Notes: generated by a model from the letters alone, not told the origin. A DNA stretch of 64,000 nt from an uncultured Methanomicrobiales archaeon (GCA_963758915.1 CAVWXH010000003.1:377906-441905), one strand, 5' to 3'. Positions 29,824-42,064 are shown, counted from the stretch's first letter. Numbers and translations are program-made.

Positions 29824-29902
29824 AATATTTCGACTCATATCGGGAAGGGGGTCCTTACAAAAATATTTTTAAAATCATGTATGCTCTAATTGCCAAAATA
29901 AC

Positions 29903-29937
29903 GCTGAAATAGTAAACCGAGCTGAAATAGTAAACCG
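29903..29937. repeat. 18-bp-period tandem duplication
   Basis: GCTGAAATAGTAAACCG at 29903-29919 and 29921-29937. Confidence 0.9.
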
Positions 29938-29948
29938 GGCCTTCATCC

Positions 29949-29977
29949 GCGATGTACGACACAGATGTTCAAATCAC
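29949..29977 (+). repeat. Degenerate copy of the GTGATTTG-N13-CAAATCAC hairpin repeat
   Basis: GCGATGTACGACACAGATGTTCAAATCAC. Confidence 0.65.
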
Positions 29978-30204
29978 CATTGTTCTGTTGGATCTTCAGG
30001 GAGCAGGAACTGGCACGAACAGGAGTCTTCGGAATAACAAAAAACCCGGAGCGGGTGTGAGATAACTTCACAGGCTGTCGCCGTATAGTTCGCGTTTTTT
30101 CTGCTCACTTCCATGAACCCACACCATTCCAACAACTCCGTTCTGGCACAATGCAAAACAGGCAGATTGATTAGACTGGCTGTGTAAAAATCCAACAGAG
30201 AGCC

Positions 30205-31147
30205 ATGCGGTCGTTTGTTCTCCCGGTACGGTATTTCCTGTTCCTGCTCCTGATCATGGTGGCGATGGTCCTTGCAGAATTCTTCGCTACGGCAACGGCC
30301 TCCGAGAGGCTCATTCTTGTCGTAACCAGCCCGTTTGCCAATACAATATTCGGAAAAATCTTTAATACTCTTTTTTTTGCGATTTTAATTCTCATTTGTT
30401 ACACAGCCGGGGCGTATTTCATCGTCAGGAAAATGCCGGATGAAGCATCCCGTTTCACAGCCACCAGGATTTTTACGGTACTACTGCTTGGCCTTGGCCT
30501 GTTGCTTGTCCTCATGGAATGGGTGGAAGACCCTTCACAGATCGTGCTTTTCCTTGGCATCATATGGGCTGCCATGGTTGTTGCACTCCGTGATCTCATA
30601 CAGAACATGGTCGGGAGCCTGACCCTCCTTGTTACCCGGATGTACCGGATCGGGGACAGGATACAGATCAAGGGAGTATATGGACTTGTTATGGATATCG
30701 GGTTCTTCAGGACGACCATGATGCAGCTGGACAGGGAGTCCGGTGACCATCCGAGCGGGCAGATTGTGACCGTCCCGAACGGTATTCTGTTCCGGGAGGT
30801 GGTCATGAATACCAGCCGTGACCTCTCTGTTGCAGGGGACGAGATACGGATCACCCTGCCCTTTTCTGCCGATTTACCCCATGCCCGGGCAGTCCTTCTC
30901 GAGGTAGTCCACCGGCATACCCGTGAGATCCAGGTGCAGGCAGCAAAGGAAATCGAGCAGCCTCGGGGATAAAAAATTCCTGCCCTCGTACGAGACGAGC
31001 CCGGGTGTCTACCTTCATATCGACGATTACCAGGTCCTCATGGTACTGAAGTATTTCACGTCATCCACCAGGCGGTCTGAGATCAAGGGCCTGATTATCG
31101 AAGAAATATCCCGTCTTATCCCGGAGATTACGAAAATTGACCAGTAG
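30205..31147 (+). CDS. MscS small-conductance mechanosensitive channel (frameshift near 30960)
   Basis: ALRDLIQNMVG, YRIGDRIQI, VMDIGFFRT, VTVPNG; C-terminus continues in the 30923..31147 frame. Confidence 0.9.
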
Positions 31148-31290
31148 GGATTGAAATGACCGAAAAATGGGACAATACAGACCGGGAGAGTTTTTAACAA
31201 AACCGGACTATTCCTTAACAAAAAAATAACCCGGTTTAACAACCACATCTCTTTATTTCCTGGGACACCAACGATCGGAATGTAACCCTC

Positions 31291-32725
31291 ATGTCAGCGA
31301 AACAATTTCTCCTCATCATCATTATCGGAATTGCCATGATCCTTGCTGCGGGATGCACCCAGCCTGCTGTTCAGCATCAAAAGGCACAGGAAACCCCACT
31401 TGTGACGGTGACCGTTCAGGTCCCGCCGCTCACCGGCACTGATGCGGCGATATCCCGGAAACTCGATGCCTATATGACAGCGCTTACCGACGCCGGGAGG
31501 TTCAGCGGGACGGTACTGGTGGCACGGGGCGATACCGTGATCCTCTCGAAAGGGTACGGCATGGCGAACTACGAGTTCTCCATCCCCAATACACCCGGGA
31601 CCGTATTCCCTGTCGGCTCGAATACCAAGCAGCTTACCGCGGCCGCCATTATGAAGCTGCAGGAGCAGGGGAAGCTGAATGTCACCGACCCGGTCACGAT
31701 GGTATATCCCCAATGCCACGAAATGGGAGGAGATCCGGATCTATCACCTGCTGAACCACACCGCGGGGATCCCGTCTGACGGGGCGTTCTCCCTCACCGA
31801 CCGGGCAGATCTTACACTCCCCGAAACAATGGAACGGATAACCGCCCTGCCCCTCGCCTTTGAACCGGGATCGGGTTACACGTATTCCAATAACGGGTAT
31901 ATCGCGCTGAGTTACATCATTGAGCAGGCTTCGGGCATGTCGTACGATGAGTACCTGAAAACGGACATCTTCCGGCCAATCGGCATGAACAGCACCGGGC
32001 AGGACAATGCCCGGGATGTCTTTCCCAGCCGTGCGTCCGGGTACACCACCATGAACGGAAAACAGGTCCACTACGACCTCCAGAACATCCATAACTCCTG
32101 GGGCGCCGGGTCCATCCATTCCACGACCGGAGACATGTTCCGGTGGGTGCGTGCCTTCCATACGCCGGGAACGATCCTTTCTCCGCAGTCAACCGCTGCC
32201 ATGGTGGAACACCATTACGGGATTGAGAGCGGGAAATTGAAGAACCGCACCTTCATCGGCTTTAGCGGGCGTAACTTCGGGTTCATCTCGCAGACACTGT
32301 ATTATCCTGACGAGGACGTGAGCATCATGTTCCTGACAAACCATGACAGGACCCCGGTGCTGACCCTGGTAAACGACCTCCCGGCGATAGTCTTTAATGG
32401 GACGTATTCCCAGCCGCAGAAGATCAACCGGAGCGTGGTGCCGCTGAACGCAGGAGCACTCGTGGAATACACCGGGACGTATGCACCGGCATGGGAGAAA
32501 TCATGGACGATCACCGTATATAGTGAAGGCAACCGCCTGTTTTACGATGCGGTCATGCCCGGCGATAAGAAGGTCGAACTCTTCTCCGAGGGCAATGATA
32601 CGTTCTTCGTGACACCGGAGTCGGACGATGCATACATATTCACCCGTAACGCAGCCGGAAAGGTCAACGGACTGAAGATGTATACCATGGAAGGCTCGTA
32701 TGACGAGTCAGAAAAGGTGTCGTGA
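31291..32725 (+). CDS. Serine hydrolase (AmpC/beta-lactamase fold) lipoprotein (frameshift near 31700)
   Basis: Lipobox AAGC; SNTK (SxxK), LLNHTAG, YSN. Confidence 0.9.
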
Positions 32726-32828
32726 AGGCCGGTATATTTTTTTTGAAATTGGTGACCCGAAGACCAGACGTTACTTTTCACCCCGGTCAGGCACGTACTC
32801 TTTCATGAGTGAGCCGTTGACACAGCCT

Positions 32829-34013
32829 TTAGTCTGAACTGACTTGAGAATCGACACTCTCTGCCACCTCATGGACCGCTTCTGCCGCGACCCTGCATTC
32901 ATCGCGGGTATTGAAATACGAGAAACTTGCCCGGATACACCCTTTCCCACCATCAATGCGTTCATGGACGAGCGGGGCACAGTGGAGCCCGGTTCTCGTG
33001 ATCACATGGTAAGCCCGGGCAAGGATGAATCCCGCTTCATGGTTGTCAATACCGGCGATGTCAAACGATACAACCGGGAGATCGGGATTTTCGTTATAGA
33101 TGGTGACGCCCCTGATAGCCTTCAGTTCGCGTATGAAAAAGCGGATCAGGTCAGTGTTCCTCTTCTCAATTTCTTCCTGGCCGATCGATGTTATGAACCG
33201 TATCCCTGCATAGAGCGATGCGATTCCGGGATAATTCGGCGTCCCTGCCTCGAACCGCATCGGCATCCCAAAGGGATGGGTGAGTTCCCGTGAATCCGTA
33301 CCTGTGCCACCCTGCCGGGTGATCGCGATTGCGTCCGGTTCTGATATAAAGAGTCCACCAATGCCCGTGATGCCGAAGAGTGCCTTGTGACCGGTGAATA
33401 CGAACGCACCGACCGGAATGTCCGAAAGATCGATCGGGATGTGGCCTGCGGTCTGGGCCCCGTCCACGATGAAGAAGATATCATTGGCGTGGAGGTATTC
33501 CGCTATGGTTTTAATGTCCTGCACAGAGCCGAGAACGTTGCTCCCGTGTGTCATCACTATGAGCCGGGTTTCCGGGCAGATCGCTTTTTTAATTGCCGCG
33601 AGACTGACGGTACTGCCAGAGAAAGGCAAGACCGAGAGACTGATCGCCCTATCCTGCTTCAGCGTCATGAGCGGGCGGAGTACGGAGTTGTGTTCAAGTT
33701 CTGTGGTGATCGCATGAAACGGCGTTCGGGTTTTTTTAACAAATCCGTGAATCAGCAGGTTAAGTGAGTCGGTGGCATTCTGGGTAAAGATGAAGTGTTC
33801 AGCAGGGCCGGCATGGAAAAAGTCTGAAAGGACCTCACGTACGGCAGAGGGATAATCAGTGGACCCGTTTCCCGTTGTCCTCCCCGGTTCATGCAGCGGC
33901 TCTCGCAGGCATTTTTCAACCTCCATAAGGACTTCTGCCGGCTTTGGCCATGTTGTTGCAGCGTTGTTAAGGTAGATAAGCGGTGATTGTATTTCCTGCG
34001 ATTCGGGATTCAT
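32829..34013 (-). CDS. Class V aminotransferase / cysteine desulfurase family protein
   Basis: YLNNAATT, EHNSV, DGAQ, TGHK (PLP Lys), RTGLHCAP. Confidence 0.92.
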   Translation of the reverse strand: MNPESQEIQSPLIYLNNAATTWPKPAEVLMEVEKCLREPLHEPGRTTGNGSTDYPSAVREVLSDFFHAGPAEHFIFTQNATDSLNLLIHGFVKKTRTPFHAITTELEHNSVLRPLMTLKQDRAISLSVLPFSGSTVSLAAIKKAICPETRLIVMTHGSNVLGSVQDIKTIAEYLHANDIFFIVDGAQTAGHIPIDLSDIPVGAFVFTGHKALFGITGIGGLFISEPDAIAITRQGGTGTDSRELTHPFGMPMRFEAGTPNYPGIASLYAGIRFITSIGQEEIEKRNTDLIRFFIRELKAIRGVTIYNENPDLPVVSFDIAGIDNHEAGFILARAYHVITRTGLHCAPLVHERIDGGKGCIRASFSYFNTRDECRVAAEAVHEVAESVDSQVSSD

Positions 34014-34047
34014 CGGTATACCTGCTCTTTTCTTTTCGTTATTGGTT

Positions 34048-34373
34048 TTACCCGAAGGTAAGAATTTTGTCCGATTCTTCAACCATTTTTTAGAAGATCA
34101 TCCAACGTATGCAGGGGACAAACGGCAGTCCCCTCTTTGTGGCGGGATTTCAGACACGTGCCACATGCGAGTATTTCCCCGTTTTTCTGGGTGAACAGAA
34201 TTACCCTGCTCCTCCACGTTGAATTTCTTATCATGGATCTCTTCGGGTTCAACCCCGCTGTTCATAAGGAAGACTTTCACCGTATGATTTGCGGTAAGTG
34301 CCTTGACGCCGAAACGGAATGCATTCCACACAATTTCCGGGTCATGGGTCCCTAAAACAACCCCTATTTTCAT
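34048..34373 (-). CDS. DsrE family protein (frameshifted)
   Basis: MKIGVVLGTHDPEIVWNAFRFG...VFLMNSGVE; other frames give ACGTC and CPLHTLDDLL..VEESDKILTFG*. Confidence 0.82.
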
Positions 34374-34539
34374 AAACTCTCCTCAATACAAGTGTTCTCC
34401 TGACGCTATTGTATAAACAGCTTTCCTTATCAGAACAGGGAATTACAAAAATAACTCCTTACCAATTTTATTTCCGGTACAAACGTTCCCGGATATTGTT
34501 CAGCAATCCTTATCGCTGTGGAATGTATAGTCTTGTGTT

Positions 34540-34794
34540 ATGGCTGCGATTACTGCCGTATTGTTAAGAAGGGCAGCAGAAACACTTGGAATCCGGGAAC
34601 GAGCCAGCCCTAACGAGATTCGCCCCCATTATAAAGAGAGGATCAAGGAATGGCACCCCGGTGTCTCGCAGAAAGATCAGGTTGTGTCCCATGAGATGAC
34701 CATCCGTGTGAAAGATGCCTATGATCTCCTGGTTGATTCTTGCATGGACCTGTATTTTCCCGCTCGAACGGTATCCAGTCAGTCCAAGGTATAG
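34540..34794 (+). pseudogene. Degenerate small J-domain (DnaJ-like) protein
   Basis: AAETLGI...EI...IKEWHPG...KDAYDLL; HPD changed to HPG and C-terminus diverges. Confidence 0.6.
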
Positions 34795-34936
34795 GACACT
34801 GTTGCAGGGACAGATGCCGGAAATCCGCCCAAAGATAAAAATGCCGGGGATTGAAGGCCCAAAGGTTGCCATTCCATACCTGTCAACGCGATAACAAAAT
34901 CATAAGATTTTTCGTTTTGTAATCTCAACCCCCTGC

Positions 34937-36442
34937 ATGAGCAACCCTTTCCTGCGATATGTATTCATCTTCATTGCTGCATTCCTTCTGACCGGGATGG
35001 TCTTTTTTTCCGGTTGCACGAGTACACCACCGGCAACCGGAAACCGCGATGGCTTCGATAATTTTGTCACCGCGAAAATGGCGGAATATGAAGTACCGGG
35101 TGCCGTTGTCGGGATTGTCGAGAACGATACCGTCGTATACCTGAAAGGGTTCGGTGTACGGGAATTAGGGAAACCAGAAAAGGTTGATCCCGACACCCGC
35201 TTCCAGATCGCCTCGGTATCCAAGTATGTCACTGCCGGTGCGGTCGGCTCCCTCGTCGACGAGGGGAAACTGGACTGGGACACACCGGTTGTCACGTATT
35301 TGCCAGGCTTTGCGTTAAAAGACACCTACGCCGGTGAGCATGCGACCCTTCGCGACCTGCTCGCCCACCGCACGGGGTTCCGGGCCTACGATGGCGACCT
35401 GCTGGGCAGGCTCGGGTATTCCAACGACGATATGCTGGAGCGGATGCGCTACCTGGAACCTGGCACCAGTTTCCGGGAGAAGTACGTCTACTCGAATGCA
35501 GGGTTCTTCATCGCCGGGGAAGCTGCGGCTGCCGTGGACAACCGGAGCTGGGAGGACCTGACCGATGCCCGCATCATCCGGCCGCTCGGCATGACGCGGT
35601 CAGGTGCTCACCCGGAAACCCTGTACCTCGATGAGAACCACGTCTCCGGCCATGCCGGCTCAGGTGGGGACGTCCACACTATACCCCTCGAAGAAGCAGG
35701 GTTCCCCGCTGCCGGCCAGGTGGTCTCTACCGGCCGGGACATGACGCAATGGCTGCGGATGATGCTGAACAACGGCTCGGTTGACGGAACGCAGGTCCTC
35801 ACACCGAAGACGGTCAGAGAGATCCATGCCGCGAGCCTGGTTGCAGGGCATGGAGGGCCTCTTTCCGACCCGAACGGGGCAGTCGGGCTTGGCAGCGACT
35901 CGTACAACTTCCTTGGCGAACGGGTCATCGAGAAGAACGGCGCCCTTGACGGGGTCCGCTCGATCGTGATCCTTATCCCGGGAACGAAGACCGGCCTTGT
36001 CGTCATTGCCAATAAGCAGCTGACGGTCTTCCCGGAAGCGGTCCGGGACGAGTTCCTCGAACGGTACATCGGGAAGAGCGGGGTTGACCTGCAGGCACGG
36101 GAGAAGGCTAACCAGGCAGGGTGGAACTCGCTCATCAAATCCATCGAACGGCCCGCAGATGCAGGCCCGGCAACGATCAGCCCGTCAGCGATCGCGGGAA
36201 TGTACAGGAGCGACCTGTACGGGACCATGCAGGTTAACCAGGGATCGGATACCGGGAATATGACCTTCGGGATCGGGCCGGGCCAGTACCCCGGGACCCT
36301 CATGCACGTGACAAATAACACCTGGTACCTGTCATTCCCGAACCCGGACGACCAGGTAGGCTATCTCACCTTTGCAGCGGATCCGCGAGGTTCTGTCACC
36401 GGGTTTACCTCTACAGAGTTGGGCCCGTTTGCACGGGTGTGA
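34937..36442 (+). CDS. Serine hydrolase (AmpC/beta-lactamase fold) lipoprotein
   Basis: Lipobox FSGC; FQIASVSK, DLLAHRTG, YSN, KNG. Confidence 0.93.
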   Translation: MSNPFLRYVFIFIAAFLLTGMVFFSGCTSTPPATGNRDGFDNFVTAKMAEYEVPGAVVGIVENDTVVYLKGFGVRELGKPEKVDPDTRFQIASVSKYVTAGAVGSLVDEGKLDWDTPVVTYLPGFALKDTYAGEHATLRDLLAHRTGFRAYDGDLLGRLGYSNDDMLERMRYLEPGTSFREKYVYSNAGFFIAGEAAAAVDNRSWEDLTDARIIRPLGMTRSGAHPETLYLDENHVSGHAGSGGDVHTIPLEEAGFPAAGQVVSTGRDMTQWLRMMLNNGSVDGTQVLTPKTVREIHAASLVAGHGGPLSDPNGAVGLGSDSYNFLGERVIEKNGALDGVRSIVILIPGTKTGLVVIANKQLTVFPEAVRDEFLERYIGKSGVDLQAREKANQAGWNSLIKSIERPADAGPATISPSAIAGMYRSDLYGTMQVNQGSDTGNMTFGIGPGQYPGTLMHVTNNTWYLSFPNPDDQVGYLTFAADPRGSVTGFTSTELGPFARV

Positions 36443-36542
36443 CCGGGTGGGCCCCGGGGTCCCCAACTTTTTTTCCTGTAGCGGGTTGCCTGGCATTTGC
36501 ATCCGGGGTCCGAAGGAAACTATTTGGGTCACGGGAGGGAAA

Positions 36543-37184
36543 TCACGGACGCCTGTACTCTGATTCCCAGCTCCCGTCAGCCCACACCTTAAGAATATCA
36601 TAATCCCGCATCCGTGTTGCCTTGCTCATCGCCTGTTTCCGGCTCAGCATCCTCTTCTGGATGAAATCATATTCGCAGACAATTTTTCTGTTCCGGAGCA
36701 ATGTTACCCGGATCGGGTGGTGCCGGTACAGGACTTTTTCCAATCCCCGGACATACCATTTTATTCTCTGGAAGGTGAGCCAGTCAAGTTTCATGGCGAG
36801 AGTGGAGTGGAACATGAAGCCTTCGGCAGAATCCAGGTCATAATTTCGTAATGAACAGTAGGGGGAGATTACCCGGGACAGCTGGTACCTGAATTGCCTT
36901 AAGGTGTCGTCAGGAGTAATCGAAACATAAACAACCCTTGTATTGTCAAAAAAACCGTAACCCCCGACCTCGTATTTCGGGATCTTCTCCTGGTCCATAC
37001 AAATTCGTGTGAAATCTTCAACGAGTTTTTCTTCATGCTGGGTTGAAAAAGGCCCTGCAAGGGTGATATGCGGGATTACACATTTGTCCCTGATATTAAA
37101 TTTCCCTGATAACTGGTTGCTTAACGTGCTAATCTGGTGCTTCACGGAACCCATCTGGCGGATATCTATCAGATAGTGAGCCAT
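36543..37184 (-). CDS. 2H phosphoesterase / 2'-5' RNA ligase family protein
   Basis: Two HxT motifs: PHITL and FHSTL. Confidence 0.85.
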   Translation of the reverse strand: MAHYLIDIRQMGSVKHQISTLSNQLSGKFNIRDKCVIPHITLAGPFSTQHEEKLVEDFTRICMDQEKIPKYEVGGYGFFDNTRVVYVSITPDDTLRQFRYQLSRVISPYCSLRNYDLDSAEGFMFHSTLAMKLDWLTFQRIKWYVRGLEKVLYRHHPIRVTLLRNRKIVCEYDFIQKRMLSRKQAMSKATRMRDYDILKVWADGSWESEYRRP

Positions 37185-37199
37185 TTTTCACACCCTCAT

Positions 37200-37290
37200 A
37201 CAAGTGGCAACCCGATATATTATAATTACGACTTTGGTGATGGTCAATCTCCATGGCCCAGGTCATACCCCGCCGTCCATATAACCGGGA
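37200..37290 (+). pseudogene. Orphan PKD-domain remnant
   Basis: TSGNPIYYNYDFGDG matches the twin-PKD tail of the 37505 and 53472 genes; no start. Confidence 0.5.
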
Positions 37291-37504
37291 CCAGGATCAA
37301 CCATACGCTATGCCGATCGGTGAATCCTGTCAAAAAGGGAAAATAACCGCGTTATCATTGTTTTTTGTTAGATCTTCGTAGCTGGAATTTGCACGGGCAC
37401 GGGTCTCTTATCTAAGCCAGAAGACTTATCTTAAACGTATACAGATTTTGATCACTGGCAGCGGGGGCGAAATATTCACTCTATGCCCGGAGATTTGGAT
37501 TTTC

Positions 37505-40500
37505 ATGGCATTACTACAGATTATACCCGGTAATCCGGAACGAAGCACAACAGGAACACCGTTCAGGAAGCCTCCTTTAATCCGGTGGCTCCTCCTGCTC
37601 CTCCTGATTGTTACCCTGGTCGCTGCACCCGTGGCAGCCGCCCCGGGATGGAAGTTCCATGCAGACAACCAGAACACCGGTGTGTACGATGACGGGGGGA
37701 AGAGGCCGGCAGGGGACCTCATCTGGGAATTCGGTACGGGTCATGTGGTGAGGTCCAGCCCCGCGGTGGTGGACGGTACGGTCTACATCGGGGGCAATGA
37801 TGGATACCTCTACGCACTCGACGCATCCACCGGGGCGCTCCTCTGGAAGTTCGCGGCTGAACACGGGATACAGACCGGCCCGGCGGTAGCAAACGGTGTC
37901 GTCTATGCGGGGGGATGGAACGGCAACATCTACGCAGTTGACACAGGCAGCGGAGCACTCCTCTGGAACTATACGACGGGTGACAGCGTTATATCAAGCC
38001 CGGCGGTGGCGGACGGTATCGTCTACACCGGAAGCCGGGATGACAATCTCTACGCACTCAACGCGTCCACCGGGACACTCCTCTGGAATTACGCGACAGG
38101 GGACGATGTGACGTCCAGCCCGGCGGTAACAAACGGTACCGTCTGTTTCGGCAGCTGGGATGGCAACCTCTATGCCCTTGATGCAGCCACTGGGGCTCTC
38201 CTCTGGAACTACACGACGGGGGGCGAAATAAAGTCCAGCCCCGCGGTCGCGAACGGCATTGTCTACATTGGCAGCGATGACGACAGCCTCTACGCACTCA
38301 ACGCGTCCACCGGGGCACTTCTCTGGAATTACGCGACCGGGGACGATGTGACTTCAAGCCCTGCGGTCGCCAACGGTGTCGTTTACATTGGCAGCAATGA
38401 CGCGAACCTGTACGCACTCAACGCGTCCACCGGGGCACTTCTCTGGAATTACGCGACCGGGAACGATGTGACTTCAAGCCCTGCGGTCGCCAACGGTGTC
38501 GTCTATGTCGGTAGTTTAAATTATGGGTATGGAAAGAGCGTCCACGCACTGGACGCGTCGAGCGGTGCGCTCCTCTGGGATTACCAGACAGGGGAAGACT
38601 CCGTTTATTCCAGCCCTGCAGTCGCTGATGGGATGGTCTATATCGGAAGCGATGACGGCAACATCTACGCGTTCGGATCATACCCTGACGAGCCGCCGGA
38701 GAGCGTGACCGATCTCCATACCACCACCACGCAGCAGCTCCGGATCACCTGGGCCTGGACCGATCCCGCATCGATCGGCTTCTCCCATGTCATGGTATAC
38801 CTCAACGGGGTGTTCCAGGCTAACGTGACAAAAGGAACCGGGACCTTTACTGCCACGGGGCTCTCTCCGTCTACACCTTACACGATCGCGACGAGGACGG
38901 TCGCGACGAAGGGGCAGGTCAACCAGACCTGGGTGAACCAGACGGCAACCACCAGCACTCTTTCGCTATCGCAGATCGATCCGGCGGTGGTAATGGAGGG
39001 CAGCCCGGGCTTTATCCTCGATATCTACGGTACAGGATTTACCCCGACCAGCACAATCCTCTGGAATGGCGAGGCCCAGGTGACCCAGTACCTCCAGCCG
39101 GACCACCTGGCCATGGAGGTCCCCGCTGAGAAGGTTGCATACCCGCGGCATGTAAGAATCACCGTCTATGACAGTTCCTCCGGGGAATCGTCCAACTCGT
39201 TATTCCTGTCGGTCACCGACAACCCCTCCGATACAAAGGCCTGGAAGTTCCGGTCAGACATCTACAATTCCGGCCAGTACGATGACGGGGGAATCAGGCC
39301 GGACGGGACACTCCTCTGGAACTACACGACCGGTGACGGGGTGAGTTCCAGCCCGGTAATTGTGAACGGGACCATCTATGTCGGAAGCCGTGACCACAAC
39401 CTCTATGCCATTGATGCAGCAACCGGGGCTCGCATCTGGAATTTCACGGACTTCGACAATAACTGGGTAAGTTCCACCCCGGCAGTGGCAGACGGTATCG
39501 TCTATTTCGGGGGTTACCGGAACAAGGTCTACGCGCTCGACGCTATTACCGGAGCGCTACTCTGGAACTATACGGTACCATCACGCTATATGACAAGGAT
39601 TGACATAAGTTCCAGCCCGGCGGTGGCGAATGGTATCGTCTATATCGGCAATTTTGACGGCAACCTGTATGCGGTCAACGCGGCCACGGGGATACTGGTC
39701 TGGAACTATACCATGAATAACTATCCCGGCGATCCCGGGGTGTATTCCAGTCCTGCGGTGGCAAACGGTATTGTCTATATCGGGAACGCCAACAGGAACC
39801 TCTACGCCCTCAATGCAGAAACCGGGGACCTCATCTGGAATTATACAACTGGAAACCAGATACATTCCAGCCCCGCAATTGCAAACGGGGTCGTCTACTT
39901 CGGGAGCAGCGATAAGAACCTCTACGCCCTCAACGCAGAAACCGGGGCGTTCCTCTGGAGTTATGCGACCGGCGGATCGGTGACGTCCAGCCCGGCTGTC
40001 GTAAACGGTGTCGTCTACTTCGGGAGTCGTGACAACAATACCTATGCTCTCAACGCAGCAACCGGTTCTTTGCTCTGGAGTTACACGACCGGAAACCGGG
40101 TATCTTCCAGCCCCGCGGTAGCAAACGGCGTTGTCTATGTGGGGAGCTCAGACAATAACCTCTATGTACTCAATGCAGAAACCGGTGCGTTCCTGTGGAA
40201 TTATACGACCGGTGGAGCGGTGACTTCCAGCCCCGCAATCGATAACGGTGTCGTCTACTTCGGGAGTCAAGATAAAAACCTCTATGCACTCGGCTCTACT
40301 CCCGTCATTGTCGGTGGCGGTAAGGGATATTACCTGGTCCATTCGAACGTGGAAGGGGCAGAGGTATATTTCAACGACTGGTATGAGGGTATTACCACCG
40401 GGAATGGTACCCTGCTCGTCCAGACGTGTGTCCCATGCCCGCCCGTCCGGACATTCACCGTCAAAAAATGCGGGTACATTGCCCTGACGCAGAATAACAC

Positions 40501-41363
40501 CCGGTACCCACACCAGAACGAGACCATTGACCTGTATGCCAACCTTACCCACCCGAAGGAGCCACTGATTACCGATTTCACCAGCAATATTACCGCAGGC
40601 CCTGCCCCGCTTTCAGTCGGGTTCACCAGGCATTCAATTGGCATTGCAGAGACCTGGAACTGGAGTTTCGGGGATGGGACCTATTCAGAGGAGAAGAACC
40701 CGGTCCATACCTACACCACTGACGGCGTGTATACGGTCAGCCTTTCGGAAAGCAACAGTGCCTGCCAGAACAGCACCAAGGTAAAGCCGAATTATATCAC
40801 GGTTGGCACCAAACCCCCCTTATTAGCAGATTTCACGGTAAGTCCTGTTTATGGGACCGCCCCGCTGACCGTGAAATGCACGGATCAATCAGTCGGTAAC
40901 CCATCCCGTTACAACTATGATTTCGGGGATGGTGCTAATGTCACAGGGCCAAACCCGTCCCATACGTACAGGTTCCCAGGTACCTTTACCATCACCCTGA
41001 CAATAACGAAAGTTTGACAAGACATACGGTTCTGTGATCAGTAGCAGCAATTACAAAAACGAATGCAGTCACGGTCAGCAGTGTCCCGTTCACACTCCCG
41101 GTCGCGAACTTCACCGCAGCCCCGGTGAACGGAACAGCACCGCTTAGAGGTCATTTTCACTGACCAGTCCACCGGGAACCCAACATCGTACAATTATGAT
41201 TTCGGTGACGGGGTTAACATGACCAGACCAGAACCCTATCCATACCTACCGCTATCCTGGCAATTATACGGTCACGTTAACGGTGTTAAAAAGCGATGCG
41301 GTAAACGGCACAATGGTGAGTAATTCGTCCGTCCGGACGGATTTGATCATTGTACAGGGCTGA
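37505..41363 (+). CDS. Large secreted PQQ-like (BamB) beta-propeller repeat protein with FN3, IPT/TIG, PEGA-like and PKD domains (3' frameshifts)
   Basis: Two blocks of SSPAVANGVVYIGS.D.NLYALNA.TG.LLWNY repeats; PKD WSFGDG/YDFGDG; homology continues past 41017 to TGA at 41361-41363. Confidence 0.92.
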
Positions 41364-41435
41364 TAATTACCCCAATTTTTCTATGGGATGTTGTTTTGCA
41401 AATTTCCAGATATTTCCGGTTTTTAAGACCTGCGT

Positions 41436-42005
41436 TCACCCCTTCATCAATGTTGCCGCCCGGTTCACGAAAAAGAAAGAATGGTCAACCTGCCGGAACC
41501 CTGCCTCCTCAGCCACCGCAAGGTTCTCCCGGAACTCTTTTCCGGAGACAATGAACGGGGGCTCGGTATAGAAGAGCGTCCCACCGGGCTTGAGGAGCTG
41601 GGCAATCTCCCGGAACAGTTTTATCGGGTCGGGCACTTCATGGACAACAAAGATAGTGAAGGCGGCGTCAAAGGTCCCGTTCAGGTCGACGGGGAGGTTG
41701 AGGGAGTCCGGCTCGCACCGGTGTGTCCGGATTCGTGGCAGCAGACCTTCCGACTCCATCTTCCCCCGCAGTATATTGAGCATCTCCTCCTGCAGGTCGA
41801 CGGAGAAGACCTGCCCGTTCTCCCCGACACGCTTTGCAAACTCGCGGGTGAAGAAGCCAGGCCCGCAGCCGAAATCAAGGATACGGTTCCCGGGTTGCAC
41901 GTACCGCTCTGCAAGGCGGTCGGGCCGGTAGAGAAACCGCCGAAAGCGGGTATCCAGGTGCCCGGCTCTGGAAGCAGAGAAGACTTCGTGTTGATGAGAG
42001 GTCAT
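41436..42005 (-). CDS. Class I SAM-dependent methyltransferase
   Basis: ILDFGCGPG, VDLQEEM, VVHEV, LLKPGG. Confidence 0.92.
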   Translation of the reverse strand: MTSHQHEVFSASRAGHLDTRFRRFLYRPDRLAERYVQPGNRILDFGCGPGFFTREFAKRVGENGQVFSVDLQEEMLNILRGKMESEGLLPRIRTHRCEPDSLNLPVDLNGTFDAAFTIFVVHEVPDPIKLFREIAQLLKPGGTLFYTEPPFIVSGKEFRENLAVAEEAGFRQVDHSFFFVNRAATLMKG

Positions 42006-42064
42006 TGGGAAAAGTTTGGGGAACGTTGCATATATAAGAATCAGTCAGGAAAAAAGATTTTTTT

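Noticed and set aside
32771-32852. Short ORF start VSILKSVQTKGCVNGSLMKEY overlapping the desulfurase stop
   Set aside because: Probably the stub of a truncated downstream gene; too short to assign.
37740-40290. Regular ~120-bp repeats suggestive of a CRISPR or other array
   Set aside because: They are in-frame coding repeats of PQQ-like propeller blades.
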